Below are positions 9,777 through 18,996 of a stretch of 64,000 nt of DNA, piece by piece. The position numbers were made by a program, and so were the translations under genes. This DNA is from an uncultured delta proteobacterium (GTDB lineage: Bacteria; Myxococcota_A; Polyangia; Fen-1088): contig CAVWIP010000006.1 in NCBI GenBank assembly GCA_963755125.1, positions 96,001-160,000 of the forward strand, given 5' to 3'. Below the pieces are notes generated by a model. The model was not told where the DNA came from. It saw only the letters and a list, made by a program, of their open reading frames with translations, and ran no database searches. Every line of letters starts with the position of its first letter. Positions within the stretch are counted from its first letter, which is position 1.

Positions 9777-11007
9777 TGGGATCGTGCTCGACCACCTCGG
9801 TGGGGGGACTCGGCTGTTCGGGCATGGGGGCCGGGCGGGCGAAGAGGAAGCCCTGCATGAGATCGACACCGAGCCCGACCAGGGTGTCGCGTTCCGATTC
9901 GGTTTCGACGCCTTCGGCGACCACGTTCACGTTCATCTCAGCGAAAAAGGATGTCATCGCGGCTATGACCTTGCGCCGGGTGGGCGAGCTGTCGACTCCG
10001 CGGACCAGAGACATGTCGTATTTCACGATGGTGGGCTGCAAGGCGGAGAAGCTGGAGAGATCCGCATCGCCGGCCCCCAGGTTGTCGATCGCAATGCCGA
10101 AGCCCAGGGCGCGCAGGCGCGCGACGCGAGCCTTGATGTCCGGCAACGACGAGAGGCAGGCCCGTTCGCTCAATTCGAGCACCACGCGATTCGCCACCTT
10201 GGAGAGTGCCGAGCCGGGGTCGAACAGGTGCTCATCGAGCAGATCGCTGCCGTGCAGGTTGACGAAGATGAAGCGCGCGGGCGCGCTCGGCACCTCGGCC
10301 GCCACCTGGTCACGCACGATGCGGCCCACCTCCGCCATGCGGTTCAGACGCTCGGCCGCGGAGAGAAACACGCAGGGGTTGGCCATGGTCGGCTCATCGG
10401 TGCGCAGCAACGCCTCGTAGGAGAAGATCCGTTGTTCCTTGCACGAGTAGACCGGCTGATAGGCCATCCAGATGGACTGCAGGGCGCGCTCGAACAGGTG
10501 CCTGAGGCTGTTGCGATCCTCGGCCGGGCTCCACGTGGCGCTCGCCAGATCGACCGCCATGCGGCGAAGCACCAGAACCCGGTGCATCTGCACCGAATCG
10601 ATGACGGCGTCTTGGAGTTGTGCCAGGGACAGGGGCTTGAGCAGATAGCGGAAGGCCGCGTGCTCTGCGGCGGTGCTGGCCGGGTCGAGGCGGGAGGTGC
10701 CGGTGATGAGAACCACCGGCATGTCGGGATCGCACCTCTGCGCAGCCTGCAACACACCCACTCCGTCCACGCAGGGCAGGTTGATGTCGGAAACAACCGC
10801 GTCGTAGGGATTGGCGAGCAGGAGACTGACAGCCTCCTCGCCGTTCGCGGCGCGGTCGACCTCGAATCCCGCGGCACCCAGGGCGCGCGCATAGGCACGC
10901 AACAGCAGATCGTCGTCCTCGGCGATGAGAACGCGGGATCCGACCGGGGCGGAGCGAGTGTCTTGGACTGTGCTCTCGACGGACACGGGGGCGGCAGTTG
11001 GGTTCAT
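9763..11007 (-). CDS. REC-EAL domain protein (c-di-GMP phosphodiesterase family, partly degenerate)
   Basis: YEALLR, FVNL, AEGVE and MQG present; the DDFGTG motif reads DNLGAG. Confidence 0.9.
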   Translation of the reverse strand: MNPTAAPVSVESTVQDTRSAPVGSRVLIAEDDDLLLRAYARALGAAGFEVDRAANGEEAVSLLLANPYDAVVSDINLPCVDGVGVLQAAQRCDPDMPVVLITGTSRLDPASTAAEHAAFRYLLKPLSLAQLQDAVIDSVQMHRVLVLRRMAVDLASATWSPAEDRNSLRHLFERALQSIWMAYQPVYSCKEQRIFSYEALLRTDEPTMANPCVFLSAAERLNRMAEVGRIVRDQVAAEVPSAPARFIFVNLHGSDLLDEHLFDPGSALSKVANRVVLELSERACLSSLPDIKARVARLRALGFGIAIDNLGAGDADLSSFSALQPTIVKYDMSLVRGVDSSPTRRKVIAAMTSFFAEMNVNVVAEGVETESERDTLVGLGVDLMQGFLFARPAPMPEQPSPPTEVVEHDPTIAA

Positions 11008-11147
11008 GCTTTCGGGGAGAGCAAGGCTCGTGCCGACGCACGCAGGGAATTCGCGGGCCGGAACTGCCAGGGAGTTTGGCCGGCCGGGAAGAAAGGTTGT
11101 CGTCGTTCCGTCGTGCCGAGGGGGCGAAACAGGACGGAATTCCGGCG

Positions 11148-11200
11148 GCCACGACCACGACCACGTCTACGACCACGACCTCCTGCGGCTATCGCGGGAT
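11148..11200 (+). repeat. Second copy of the hexamer element
   Basis: cacgaccacgaccacgtctacgaccacgacctcctgcggctatcgcgggat; a direct repeat of 9741-9782. Confidence 0.65.
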
Positions 11201-11346
11201 TGCGGCGCGTCGGTTGCGTTGCGCGTTGTGGTGAACGGGAGTAGTCTTGCTCTTCAGGCTGGGCGGATGGCGTCTCTTCCCTTGCATCGGGGTGAGGGGA
11301 AGGCGGCGCGAGTACCTGGCGAAGGGCAGCGAACAGGGAGAACACC

Positions 11347-14019
11347 GTGAAGAAGAGGAATCCCGCGTGGCCAGCCAACGGGGTGAAAGCGCAGCGGCGC
11401 GATGCGCGTGTCCATGCGGGCAAAGCCGGCCATGCGCCCGAACCGGTGCGGCTGCGCGGATCCGGGGCGGCTTCCGCGAAACCCGCCGCCTTCCCCATCA
11501 TCGGTATCGGCGCCTCGGCAGGCGGGCTGGAAGCCCTCGATCAGTTCTTCCGCCACGTGCCCGACCGGAGCGGGCTGGCCTTCGTCGTGGTCCAGCACCT
11601 GGACCCGACCCACAAAGACATGATGGTGGAGCTGCTCGCGCGCGCCACCCCGATGAAGGTGGTCCAGGTCAAAGATCGCCTGATGGTCGAGCCCGATCAC
11701 GTCTACGTGATTCCCCCGAACAAGAATCTGTCCATCCTGCACGGGGTGCTGCACCTGCTCGCGCCCGCGGCGCCGCGCGGGCTGCGCCTGCCCATCGACT
11801 TCTTCTTCCGCGCCCTGGCCGCTGATCTGCGTGACCGCAGCGTCGGCGTGATTCTCTCGGGCATGGGATCGGACGGCACCCTGGGCCTGCGGGCCATCAA
11901 GGAGCAGGCGGGGGCTGTGTTCGTGCAGGCGCCAGCCTCGGCCAAGTTCGACGCCATGCCTCGCAGCGCGATCGACGCCGGGGTGGCCGACGTGGTGGCG
12001 CCGGCCGAGGAGCTGGCGGGCAAGATCGTGGCCTATCTGGCGCACACTCCGACCGGCGTCCGGCCGGAGCTGGCCCTGGCCTCGAAAACCCAGAGCGCCA
12101 TCGAGAAGATCTGCATCCTGCTGCGCAGCCAGACCGGCAACGATTTTTCGCAATACAAGCGCAGCACCATCTACCGCCGCATCGAACGGCGCATGGGCTT
12201 GCACCAGCTCGACAGCATCGCCGGCTACGTGAGCTACCTGCAGGAAAGCCCGCAGGAAGCGGCGCTGCTCTTCAAGGAACTGCTCATCGGCGTGACCAGC
12301 TTCTTCCGCGATCCACCAGCCTGGGAACAGCTTACGAAAAAGGCGATCCCCGCGCTGCTGGCGGAGCGCGGCCCGGGCACAGCCTTGCGCGCCTGGGTTC
12401 CGGGATGTTCGACCGGCGAGGAGGCCTACGCGCTGGCCATCGCGTTCAAGGAGGCGCTGGCCGGGTCGCGACCCACCGGCCGCCTGTCCCTGCAGATTTT
12501 CGCCACCGACCTGGACAAGGACGCCATCGAAAGGGCGCGCCAGGGAAACTATCCCGCGAACATCGCGGGTGATGTTTCGGCGGATCGGCTGCGCCGGTTC
12601 TTCGTCGAGGAAGAGCACGGCTGGCGTGTGGGCCCCGAGATCCGCGAGATGGTGGTCTTCGCCACCCAGAACATCATCATGGATCCGCCCTTCACCAAGC
12701 TCGACATGCTGAGCTGCCGCAACCTGCTCATCTACCTGACGCCCGAGCTGCAGAAGCAGCTGCTGCCGCTGTTTCACTACAGCCTCAATCCCGGCGGGCT
12801 TCTCTTCCTGGGCAGCGCGGAGTCGCTGGGCGCGGCTGCCGAGCTGTTCTCGCCGGTGGACGGCCGGGCGCGCATCTACCGCCGGCTGGATGTCACGGGG
12901 CCAGCCGAACCGGTCGAGTTTCCAGCCGCGTTCCACGCCCGTCCGTCCGCGGTGGAACCCAGCGCCGCCGGCAAGGCGCCCGCGCCCAACCTGAGCGCGC
13001 TGGCCGATCGGCTCCTGCTGCAACGCTTTTCGCCGGCCGCGGTGCTGACCAACCAGCAGGGCGACATCCTGCATATCTGCGGTCGCACCGGCAAGTACCT
13101 GGAGCCGGCGGCGGGCAAGGCCAACTGGAACGTCCATGCGATGGCGCGCGAGGGGTTGCGCCACGAGTTGGGCAGCGCATTCCAGAAAGTGCTGCGCGAG
13201 AGACGGCCGGTGGTCCGGGCGGGCGTGAAGATGGGGAGCAACGGGGCCGTGCAGTCCGTGGATATCACCGTGGAGCCGTTGCTAGAACCCGAGGGGCTGC
13301 GCGGGATGGTGCTGATCGCGTTTGCCGATGCGGCCGTGCCCCCGGCGGTCGAGCGGGTGGGCAAGAGCAGGCCGGCCCCCGCGGCGCTGGCCAGGACGGA
13401 GCGGGAACTGCGCCAGGCGCGCGAGGAACTGCAGACCACGCGCGAGCAGATGCAGACCTCGCAGGAGGAACTCAAGTCAGCCAACGAGGAGCTGCAGTCG
13501 ACCAACGAGGAGTTGCAGAGCACCAACGAGGAGCTGACCACCTCCAAGGAGGAGATGCAGTCGCTCAACGAGGAGCTGCAGACCCTGAACCACGAGCTGC
13601 AGGCCAAGGTGGACGATCTGTCGCGCGCCAACGATGACATGCGCAACCTGCTCGACAGCACCGACATCGCCACCCTGTTCCTCGACGCCCGGCTGAATGT
13701 ACGGCGCTTCACCGCCCAGATGACCAAGATCATCAAGCTGATCCCGGGCGACGTCGATCGGCCCATCACCGACCTGGCCTCTGACCTCGTCTATCCCGAG
13801 CTGCCCGCCGACGCGCGCATGGTGCTGCAGACCCTGGCGTTCAAGGAGACCCAGGTCACCACCGTCGACGGGCGCTGGTTCTCGGTGCGCATAATGCCCT
13901 ACCGCACGATGGACAACCGGATCGACGGGCTCGTGATCACCTTCGTCAACGTCACCGCCGCCAAGCTCCTGGAGGCGACCTTGCGCAGCAGGCAGGCGGA
14001 GCCGGAGAGGGCTGAATGA
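11347..14019 (+). CDS. cheB: CheB methylesterase-CheR methyltransferase fusion with coiled coil and PAS
   Basis: IGASAGG, VQHL, GSDG (CheB); GVTSFFRD, GCSTGEE, CRNLLIY (CheR); ELQSTNEEL heptad repeats. Confidence 0.93.
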   Translation: MKKRNPAWPANGVKAQRRDARVHAGKAGHAPEPVRLRGSGAASAKPAAFPIIGIGASAGGLEALDQFFRHVPDRSGLAFVVVQHLDPTHKDMMVELLARATPMKVVQVKDRLMVEPDHVYVIPPNKNLSILHGVLHLLAPAAPRGLRLPIDFFFRALAADLRDRSVGVILSGMGSDGTLGLRAIKEQAGAVFVQAPASAKFDAMPRSAIDAGVADVVAPAEELAGKIVAYLAHTPTGVRPELALASKTQSAIEKICILLRSQTGNDFSQYKRSTIYRRIERRMGLHQLDSIAGYVSYLQESPQEAALLFKELLIGVTSFFRDPPAWEQLTKKAIPALLAERGPGTALRAWVPGCSTGEEAYALAIAFKEALAGSRPTGRLSLQIFATDLDKDAIERARQGNYPANIAGDVSADRLRRFFVEEEHGWRVGPEIREMVVFATQNIIMDPPFTKLDMLSCRNLLIYLTPELQKQLLPLFHYSLNPGGLLFLGSAESLGAAAELFSPVDGRARIYRRLDVTGPAEPVEFPAAFHARPSAVEPSAAGKAPAPNLSALADRLLLQRFSPAAVLTNQQGDILHICGRTGKYLEPAAGKANWNVHAMAREGLRHELGSAFQKVLRERRPVVRAGVKMGSNGAVQSVDITVEPLLEPEGLRGMVLIAFADAAVPPAVERVGKSRPAPAALARTERELRQAREELQTTREQMQTSQEELKSANEELQSTNEELQSTNEELTTSKEEMQSLNEELQTLNHELQAKVDDLSRANDDMRNLLDSTDIATLFLDARLNVRRFTAQMTKIIKLIPGDVDRPITDLASDLVYPELPADARMVLQTLAFKETQVTTVDGRWFSVRIMPYRTMDNRIDGLVITFVNVTAAKLLEATLRSRQAEPERAE

Positions 14020-14753
14020 CGAAAAAGACTGGCACCAGGGATCCGGGCGAGCTGCGCCGCCAGGCCGAGAAGCGGCTTCCCAGGATCCGCGACGGTGCCG
14101 TCGCGGCGGCCGCGGTGCCGGAATCCGCGGGCCTGGTCCACGAGCTGCAGGTCCACCAGGTCGAGCTGGAGATGCAGAACGAGGAACTGCAACAGGTCCG
14201 CGCAGACCTGGAGGAGTCGCTCTCGCGCTTCACCAATCTGTACGAGTCCGCGCCGGTGGGTTACCTGACCCTCGGCCGTGACGGCACCATCCGTCAGGTG
14301 AATCTGACCGGCGCGCGCCTGCTGGGCCTGGAGCGCACGCACCTGGTCGGCAGGCGCATGGGCGTTCTGCTCGCCGCCGGATCACGCCCGGTCTTCGACA
14401 CGTTCCTTGGCAAAGTGTGGGGCAGTGAGAGCAAGGAAGCCTGCGAGGTCGTGTTGCACGCGGAAGGAGCGCCGTCGCTCGCTCTGGAACTCACCGGCAC
14501 GGCCGGGGAGGGCGGCCAAGAGTGCCGGGTGGTCGCGTCCGACATCTCCGAGCGCAAGCGCGCGGAAGAACGGATCAAGGCCCAGGTCGAGGAACTCCAG
14601 CGCTGGCACGACGTGATGCTGGGCCGCGAGGACCGCGTGCAGGAACTCAAGCGTGAGGTCAACCAACTGTGCCACCGCCTGGGCGAGCCCGCGCGTTATC
14701 CCAGCCAGCAAGGCGACCCGGCTAAGGTTCCGGCCAGGAAGCCTGGGTCATGA
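14016..14753 (+). CDS. PAS-domain protein (usual partner of CheB/CheR fusions)
   Basis: HELQVHQVELEMQNEEL coil, PAS (YESAPVGY), GREDRVQELKREVN tail. Confidence 0.85.
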   Translation: MTKKTGTRDPGELRRQAEKRLPRIRDGAVAAAAVPESAGLVHELQVHQVELEMQNEELQQVRADLEESLSRFTNLYESAPVGYLTLGRDGTIRQVNLTGARLLGLERTHLVGRRMGVLLAAGSRPVFDTFLGKVWGSESKEACEVVLHAEGAPSLALELTGTAGEGGQECRVVASDISERKRAEERIKAQVEELQRWHDVMLGREDRVQELKREVNQLCHRLGEPARYPSQQGDPAKVPARKPGS

Positions 14754-17080
14754 GCGGGGAGCGCAAATACGAGCCGGCCTCCATCCTGGCGGTCGACGAC
14801 ACCTCCGCGGTGCTCAGGGTGCTGGTCGAAATCCTCAGCCGGGAGGGCTATCGGGTGCGGCGCGCGGACAGCGGCGAGGCGGCATTGGCGGCGGTGGCAG
14901 CCAGCCCGCCCGACCTGATCCTTCTCGACGTGCGGATGAAGGGGATAGACGGGATCGAGGTGTGCCGGCGGCTCAAGGCCAGCGAGGATTCGCGGAACAT
15001 TCCCATCATCCTGATGAGTGGGTTCACCGAGGTCGAGGAATGGGTGGCGGGCCTGCAGGCGGGCGCCGTGGACTATCTGTACAAGCCGTTCCGCAGCGAG
15101 GAGATCCTGACTCGGGTCAGGACCCATCTGGACCTGAAGCGCGCGAAGGCCGAGATCGAGCAGAAGGTCGTTTCCCTCCGCCGGACCAACGATCACCTGG
15201 AGACCGAGATTGCCGAGCGCCAACAAGTGGAGGTCGAGCTTCGTCGCAGCCTCGACCATGCCGAGCGCTCCCGCCTGGCGCTGCTCGGCGCGCTGGAGGA
15301 CCAGAAGCGGGCCGAGACCGAGCGCGAGCGGCTGACCATGGCCATCGAGCAGGCCGCCGAGATGGTGCTGGTCACGGACATCCACGGCGCGATCCAGTAC
15401 GTCAATCCGGCCTTCGAGTCCGTGACCGGCTACACGCGCGCCGAGGCCATCGGCCGCAACCCGAGCCTGGTCAAGAGCGGCGTACAGGATCAGGCCTTCT
15501 ATCGCGGGCTCTGGGAGACCATCACGGCCGGCAAGACCTGGCGCGGGAGGATGGTCAACAAGAAGAAAGACGGCACTCTCTACACGGAGGAGTCGACCAT
15601 TTCGCCGGTGCGCGATGCGGCCGGGGTGGTCACCAGCTACGTCGCGGTCAACCGGGACATCACCCACGATCTCGACCTGGAGGCGCAGTTCCTCCAGTCG
15701 CAGAAGATGGAGAGCATCGGGCGGCTGGCCGGCGGCGTGGCGCACGACTTCAACAATTGCTTGAACGTCATCCAGGGCTTCACCCAGCTTTGCCTGGGCA
15801 GGCTGCGCGAGGACGATCCGCTGGCCAGCGATCTCGGGCAGGTGGCGAAGGCGAGCGAGCGTGCGGCCGGGCTCACGCGCCAGTTGCTCGCGTTCGGTCG
15901 CAAGCAGGTCTTGCAGCCCGAGCAGATCAACCTCAACCAGACCATCGCCGACATGGAGAAGATGTTGCGCCGGATCATTGGCGAGGACGTCGATCTGGTA
16001 CTGGTCCTGGCGCCCAATTTGGGCCTGGTCAAGGCCGACCCGGGCCAGATCGGCCAGGTGATCATGAACCTGGCGGTCAACGCGCGCGACGCCATGCCCA
16101 AGGGGGGCACGCTCACCATCGTAACCGGCAACCTGGAACTGGACGCGGAGCACGCGGCAAGGCACGAGGGAATAGAGCCAGGGCACCACGTCGTGGTCGC
16201 AATCACCGATTCCGGGATCGGCATGGACGGCCAGACCATGGCGCGGCTGTTCGAGCCGTTCTTCACCACCAAGGAACAAGGAAAGGGCAGCGGCCTCGGG
16301 CTGTCAACCGCCTACGGCATCGTCAAGCAGAGCGGCGGCAGCATCTTCGTCCGCAGCGAGGTCGGCAGGGGGACGACCTTCGAGGTCTATCTGCGGCGCG
16401 ACCTTTCGGCCCCGGCCGCGACCCGCGCCAGGCCACGGACAATCCCCCGTCGGGCGAAAGGGGACGAAACCATCCTGGTGGTCGAGGACGAGGAGGCCCT
16501 GCGCCGGCTGGCGACAAGGCTGCTGGAAACCGCCGGCTACACGGTGCTGTCCGCCGCCGACGGGGAGCAGGCGCTTATCACCTGCGAACGGCACGCGGGC
16601 AAGATCGATCTGCTTCTGACCGACGTGGTGATGCCGCGGATGAGCGGAAAGCGGCTGGCCGAGCGGCTGGCGACGACGAGACCGACCCTCAAGATCCTCT
16701 ATATGTCGGGTTACACCGACGATGCGATCGTTCAGCACGGCGTGCTGGATGCGGATACGCACTTCATCGCCAAACCGTTCAGTGAGGCCGATCTGACGCG
16801 GAAGATCCGGGCAGTGCTGGACGGGGGCGTCTGCACTTCCGGCACCGACTGGCCTGCGATCGAGGACGAGATCGAGCAGCAACCGCTCGACCGGGACGCG
16901 CTGCGGGCGCTTCCCCAGGACGTTCTGGCAAGGCTTGGCGCAGCCGCAGTCGCCGCGAACTACGACGAGATCGTGGCGATCGTCGAAATCATCGCGCGCA
17001 CGCAACCAGATGCGGCTGCCGCGCTTCGGCGCATGGCGGATCGCTTCGACTACGGCGGGATGCAGGAGTTTCTGATCTGA
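14750..17080 (+). CDS. Hybrid kinase REC-PAS-HisKA-HATPase-REC (CckA-like)
   Basis: LAGGVAHDFNN, NARDAMP, EPFFTTK, GSGLGL; two REC domains. Confidence 0.92.
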   Translation: MSGERKYEPASILAVDDTSAVLRVLVEILSREGYRVRRADSGEAALAAVAASPPDLILLDVRMKGIDGIEVCRRLKASEDSRNIPIILMSGFTEVEEWVAGLQAGAVDYLYKPFRSEEILTRVRTHLDLKRAKAEIEQKVVSLRRTNDHLETEIAERQQVEVELRRSLDHAERSRLALLGALEDQKRAETERERLTMAIEQAAEMVLVTDIHGAIQYVNPAFESVTGYTRAEAIGRNPSLVKSGVQDQAFYRGLWETITAGKTWRGRMVNKKKDGTLYTEESTISPVRDAAGVVTSYVAVNRDITHDLDLEAQFLQSQKMESIGRLAGGVAHDFNNCLNVIQGFTQLCLGRLREDDPLASDLGQVAKASERAAGLTRQLLAFGRKQVLQPEQINLNQTIADMEKMLRRIIGEDVDLVLVLAPNLGLVKADPGQIGQVIMNLAVNARDAMPKGGTLTIVTGNLELDAEHAARHEGIEPGHHVVVAITDSGIGMDGQTMARLFEPFFTTKEQGKGSGLGLSTAYGIVKQSGGSIFVRSEVGRGTTFEVYLRRDLSAPAATRARPRTIPRRAKGDETILVVEDEEALRRLATRLLETAGYTVLSAADGEQALITCERHAGKIDLLLTDVVMPRMSGKRLAERLATTRPTLKILYMSGYTDDAIVQHGVLDADTHFIAKPFSEADLTRKIRAVLDGGVCTSGTDWPAIEDEIEQQPLDRDALRALPQDVLARLGAAAVAANYDEIVAIVEIIARTQPDAAAALRRMADRFDYGGMQEFLI

Positions 17081-17094
17081 TCGAGAGGAACGAG

Positions 17095-17514
17095 ATGGAA
17101 GACGACGTGCAAGGCAGTAAGATTCTCATGGTGGACGATTCCGTCGACAACCTGCGGCTTCTGACCGCGGTCCTCAAGCGCGGCGGCCTGGTGCCCCGGC
17201 CGGTCACCAGCGGCAGGCTGGCCATCAAGGCGGCGGAGGCGGACCCGCCCGATCTCGTCCTGCTGGACATGCGCATGCCCGAGATGTCCGGGGTTGAGGT
17301 GTGCCGGTGTTTCAAGCAGAACGAGCGGCTGCGCGACATTCCCATCATCTTCATCAGCGGGGTGCAGGGCAGCGAAGACAAGGTCGAGTGTTTCCGCGCC
17401 GGTGGGGCGGATTTCGTCCCCAAGCCGTTCGTCGAGGAGGAGGTGCTTGCGCGCATCAAGACGCACCTGCGCTTGCGACGGTTGGAGGCGGAACGGACGT
17501 CGCACAGGCGGTGA
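17095..17514 (+). CDS. Single-domain response regulator
   Basis: ILMVDD, LLDMRMP, FVPKPF. Confidence 0.88.
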   Translation: MEDDVQGSKILMVDDSVDNLRLLTAVLKRGGLVPRPVTSGRLAIKAAEADPPDLVLLDMRMPEMSGVEVCRCFKQNERLRDIPIIFISGVQGSEDKVECFRAGGADFVPKPFVEEEVLARIKTHLRLRRLEAERTSHRR

Positions 17515-17551
17515 CTCGGTCGACGGGTCGGCGAGTCGAAACGCACCGCCT

Positions 17552-17578
17552 CGTGGGGCGATCTGCGGTCGCCCCACG
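17552..17578. repeat. REP-like palindrome between convergent genes
   Basis: cgtggggcgatctgcggtcgccccacg; nearly identical to 2243-2268. Confidence 0.6.
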
Positions 17579-17600
17579 CGATCGGCGATATCGGCGACCT

Positions 17601-18986
17601 TCACGCGGCTATCGCGGGGTCGGGGGAATCCTGCGTGGCCTTGTCGCCAGCGGCGCTGATTTGGCCTTGGGCTTGAGCCATGGGCATGTGGATGACGAAG
17701 GATGAGGGCCAGCCCTCGCAAGTTTCCACGGCCAGGCTGCCCCCGTGCGCATGGGCGGCCATCCGGCAGAAATACAGACCCTGGCCCCAGCCTGACAGGC
17801 GGCGCGTGCCGTGATCCCCGGGCTGGAACTTGTCGAAGGTGGTTTCGCGCTGCTCGGGCGGGATCTTGGCCGCCGTGCAGTGGACCGCGAGCCACGCCTC
17901 GTCGGCGCGCCGGGTGGCTTCTAGCAGGATGCGGCCTCCGTTGGGCGTGCGGCGAATGGAAGCGGTGATCAGGCTTTGCAGGAGCCGGAGGAAGAGGCGC
18001 GCATCCGCCGCGACCGGCAGCGAATCCTCCGCGTCCAGTTCGATCCTGATGGACTTGCTGCGCGCGTGTGTGGCGGTGCTGTCACGGGCTTTCTCCAAGA
18101 GATCCCGCGCTTCGAGGTTCGCGAGATTGAGGTTGATGCGGCCGTTTTCCAGCGTCGTGGTGTCCAGGATCTGCGCAATCATCTCGGACACGTCACCGGA
18201 GCCGGCCAGGGCCTCCTCGACCGCTTCCAGCCAGGGCTTGCTGACCGGATGGCGTCTCATCTCCAGGTCCAAATACTCCAGCGAGAGCATGGTGGTGCCC
18301 ACCGGGGAGCGCATGTCGTGCACGATGACTCGCACCAGGCTGTCCTTCTCCTGCTGAAGGTTGCCCAGCTTTTCGCACTGGTCACGTGTCTCGGCCAGCA
18401 TGCGCCGGGTGACCTCGGCCTCGGCGGTCTCGCGCGCCAGCTTGCTGCTGGCCGCGGCGAGCAGCAGCACCGCAACCGCAGTGAGCATGGGCAGCGCGTT
18501 CAGATCGGCCTGCTGCATGAGCGACAGCTCGCACAGGGTTGCCAGCAGCGTCACCAGCACCAGGCAGCGGGTGCGAAAGGCGAGCCCGCCCACGGCGATG
18601 GGCAGCACGAAGACGCCCACACTGAGACCGGCGATAGTTTGGGCGCCCATGCTGCCGACCAGCAGCGCGGTCCGCAACACGGCATAGACGAAGCCCACGT
18701 CGAGCACAGGCTGGATCCACGCCAGCCGCAGCATCACGGTGCGCCCCTGTGTCGCGAAGGTGATCGAGGCCAGGGTGCCGTAGGCGATTAAGAGGGGGAC
18801 TTGTCGGCCCCACTCGGCGTCGCCCGAGCCCTTCCACAGGACGATGGAAACGACCAGGAACATCACCGAGCCGACCAGTCGCAGGCTGGCCGCCGCAGAT
18901 AGGATGCGGCTGCGTTGGCTGCTGGCGGCATCTCCCAGAACGCCGCTCCCGGAAGCAGGCACAGGCCGTTTCGAATCGAGCAGCAC
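17601..18986 (-). CDS. Multi-TM histidine kinase-like protein with degenerate ATP-binding domain
   Basis: About 6 TM segments and H-box VHDMRSP; N and G1 boxes altered. Start uncertain (GTG 18986 chosen; ORF extends to 19037). Confidence 0.8.
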   Translation of the reverse strand: MLLDSKRPVPASGSGVLGDAASSQRSRILSAAASLRLVGSVMFLVVSIVLWKGSGDAEWGRQVPLLIAYGTLASITFATQGRTVMLRLAWIQPVLDVGFVYAVLRTALLVGSMGAQTIAGLSVGVFVLPIAVGGLAFRTRCLVLVTLLATLCELSLMQQADLNALPMLTAVAVLLLAAASSKLARETAEAEVTRRMLAETRDQCEKLGNLQQEKDSLVRVIVHDMRSPVGTTMLSLEYLDLEMRRHPVSKPWLEAVEEALAGSGDVSEMIAQILDTTTLENGRINLNLANLEARDLLEKARDSTATHARSKSIRIELDAEDSLPVAADARLFLRLLQSLITASIRRTPNGGRILLEATRRADEAWLAVHCTAAKIPPEQRETTFDKFQPGDHGTRRLSGWGQGLYFCRMAAHAHGGSLAVETCEGWPSSFVIHMPMAQAQGQISAAGDKATQDSPDPAIAA

Positions 18987-18996
18987 GGCGTGGCCC

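Noticed and set aside
2987..16279. Long antisense ORFs (e.g. 2987-5182, 6162-8585, 11254-13164, 14696-16279)
   Set aside because: Shadow frames of well-supported genes in high-GC DNA, with no motifs.
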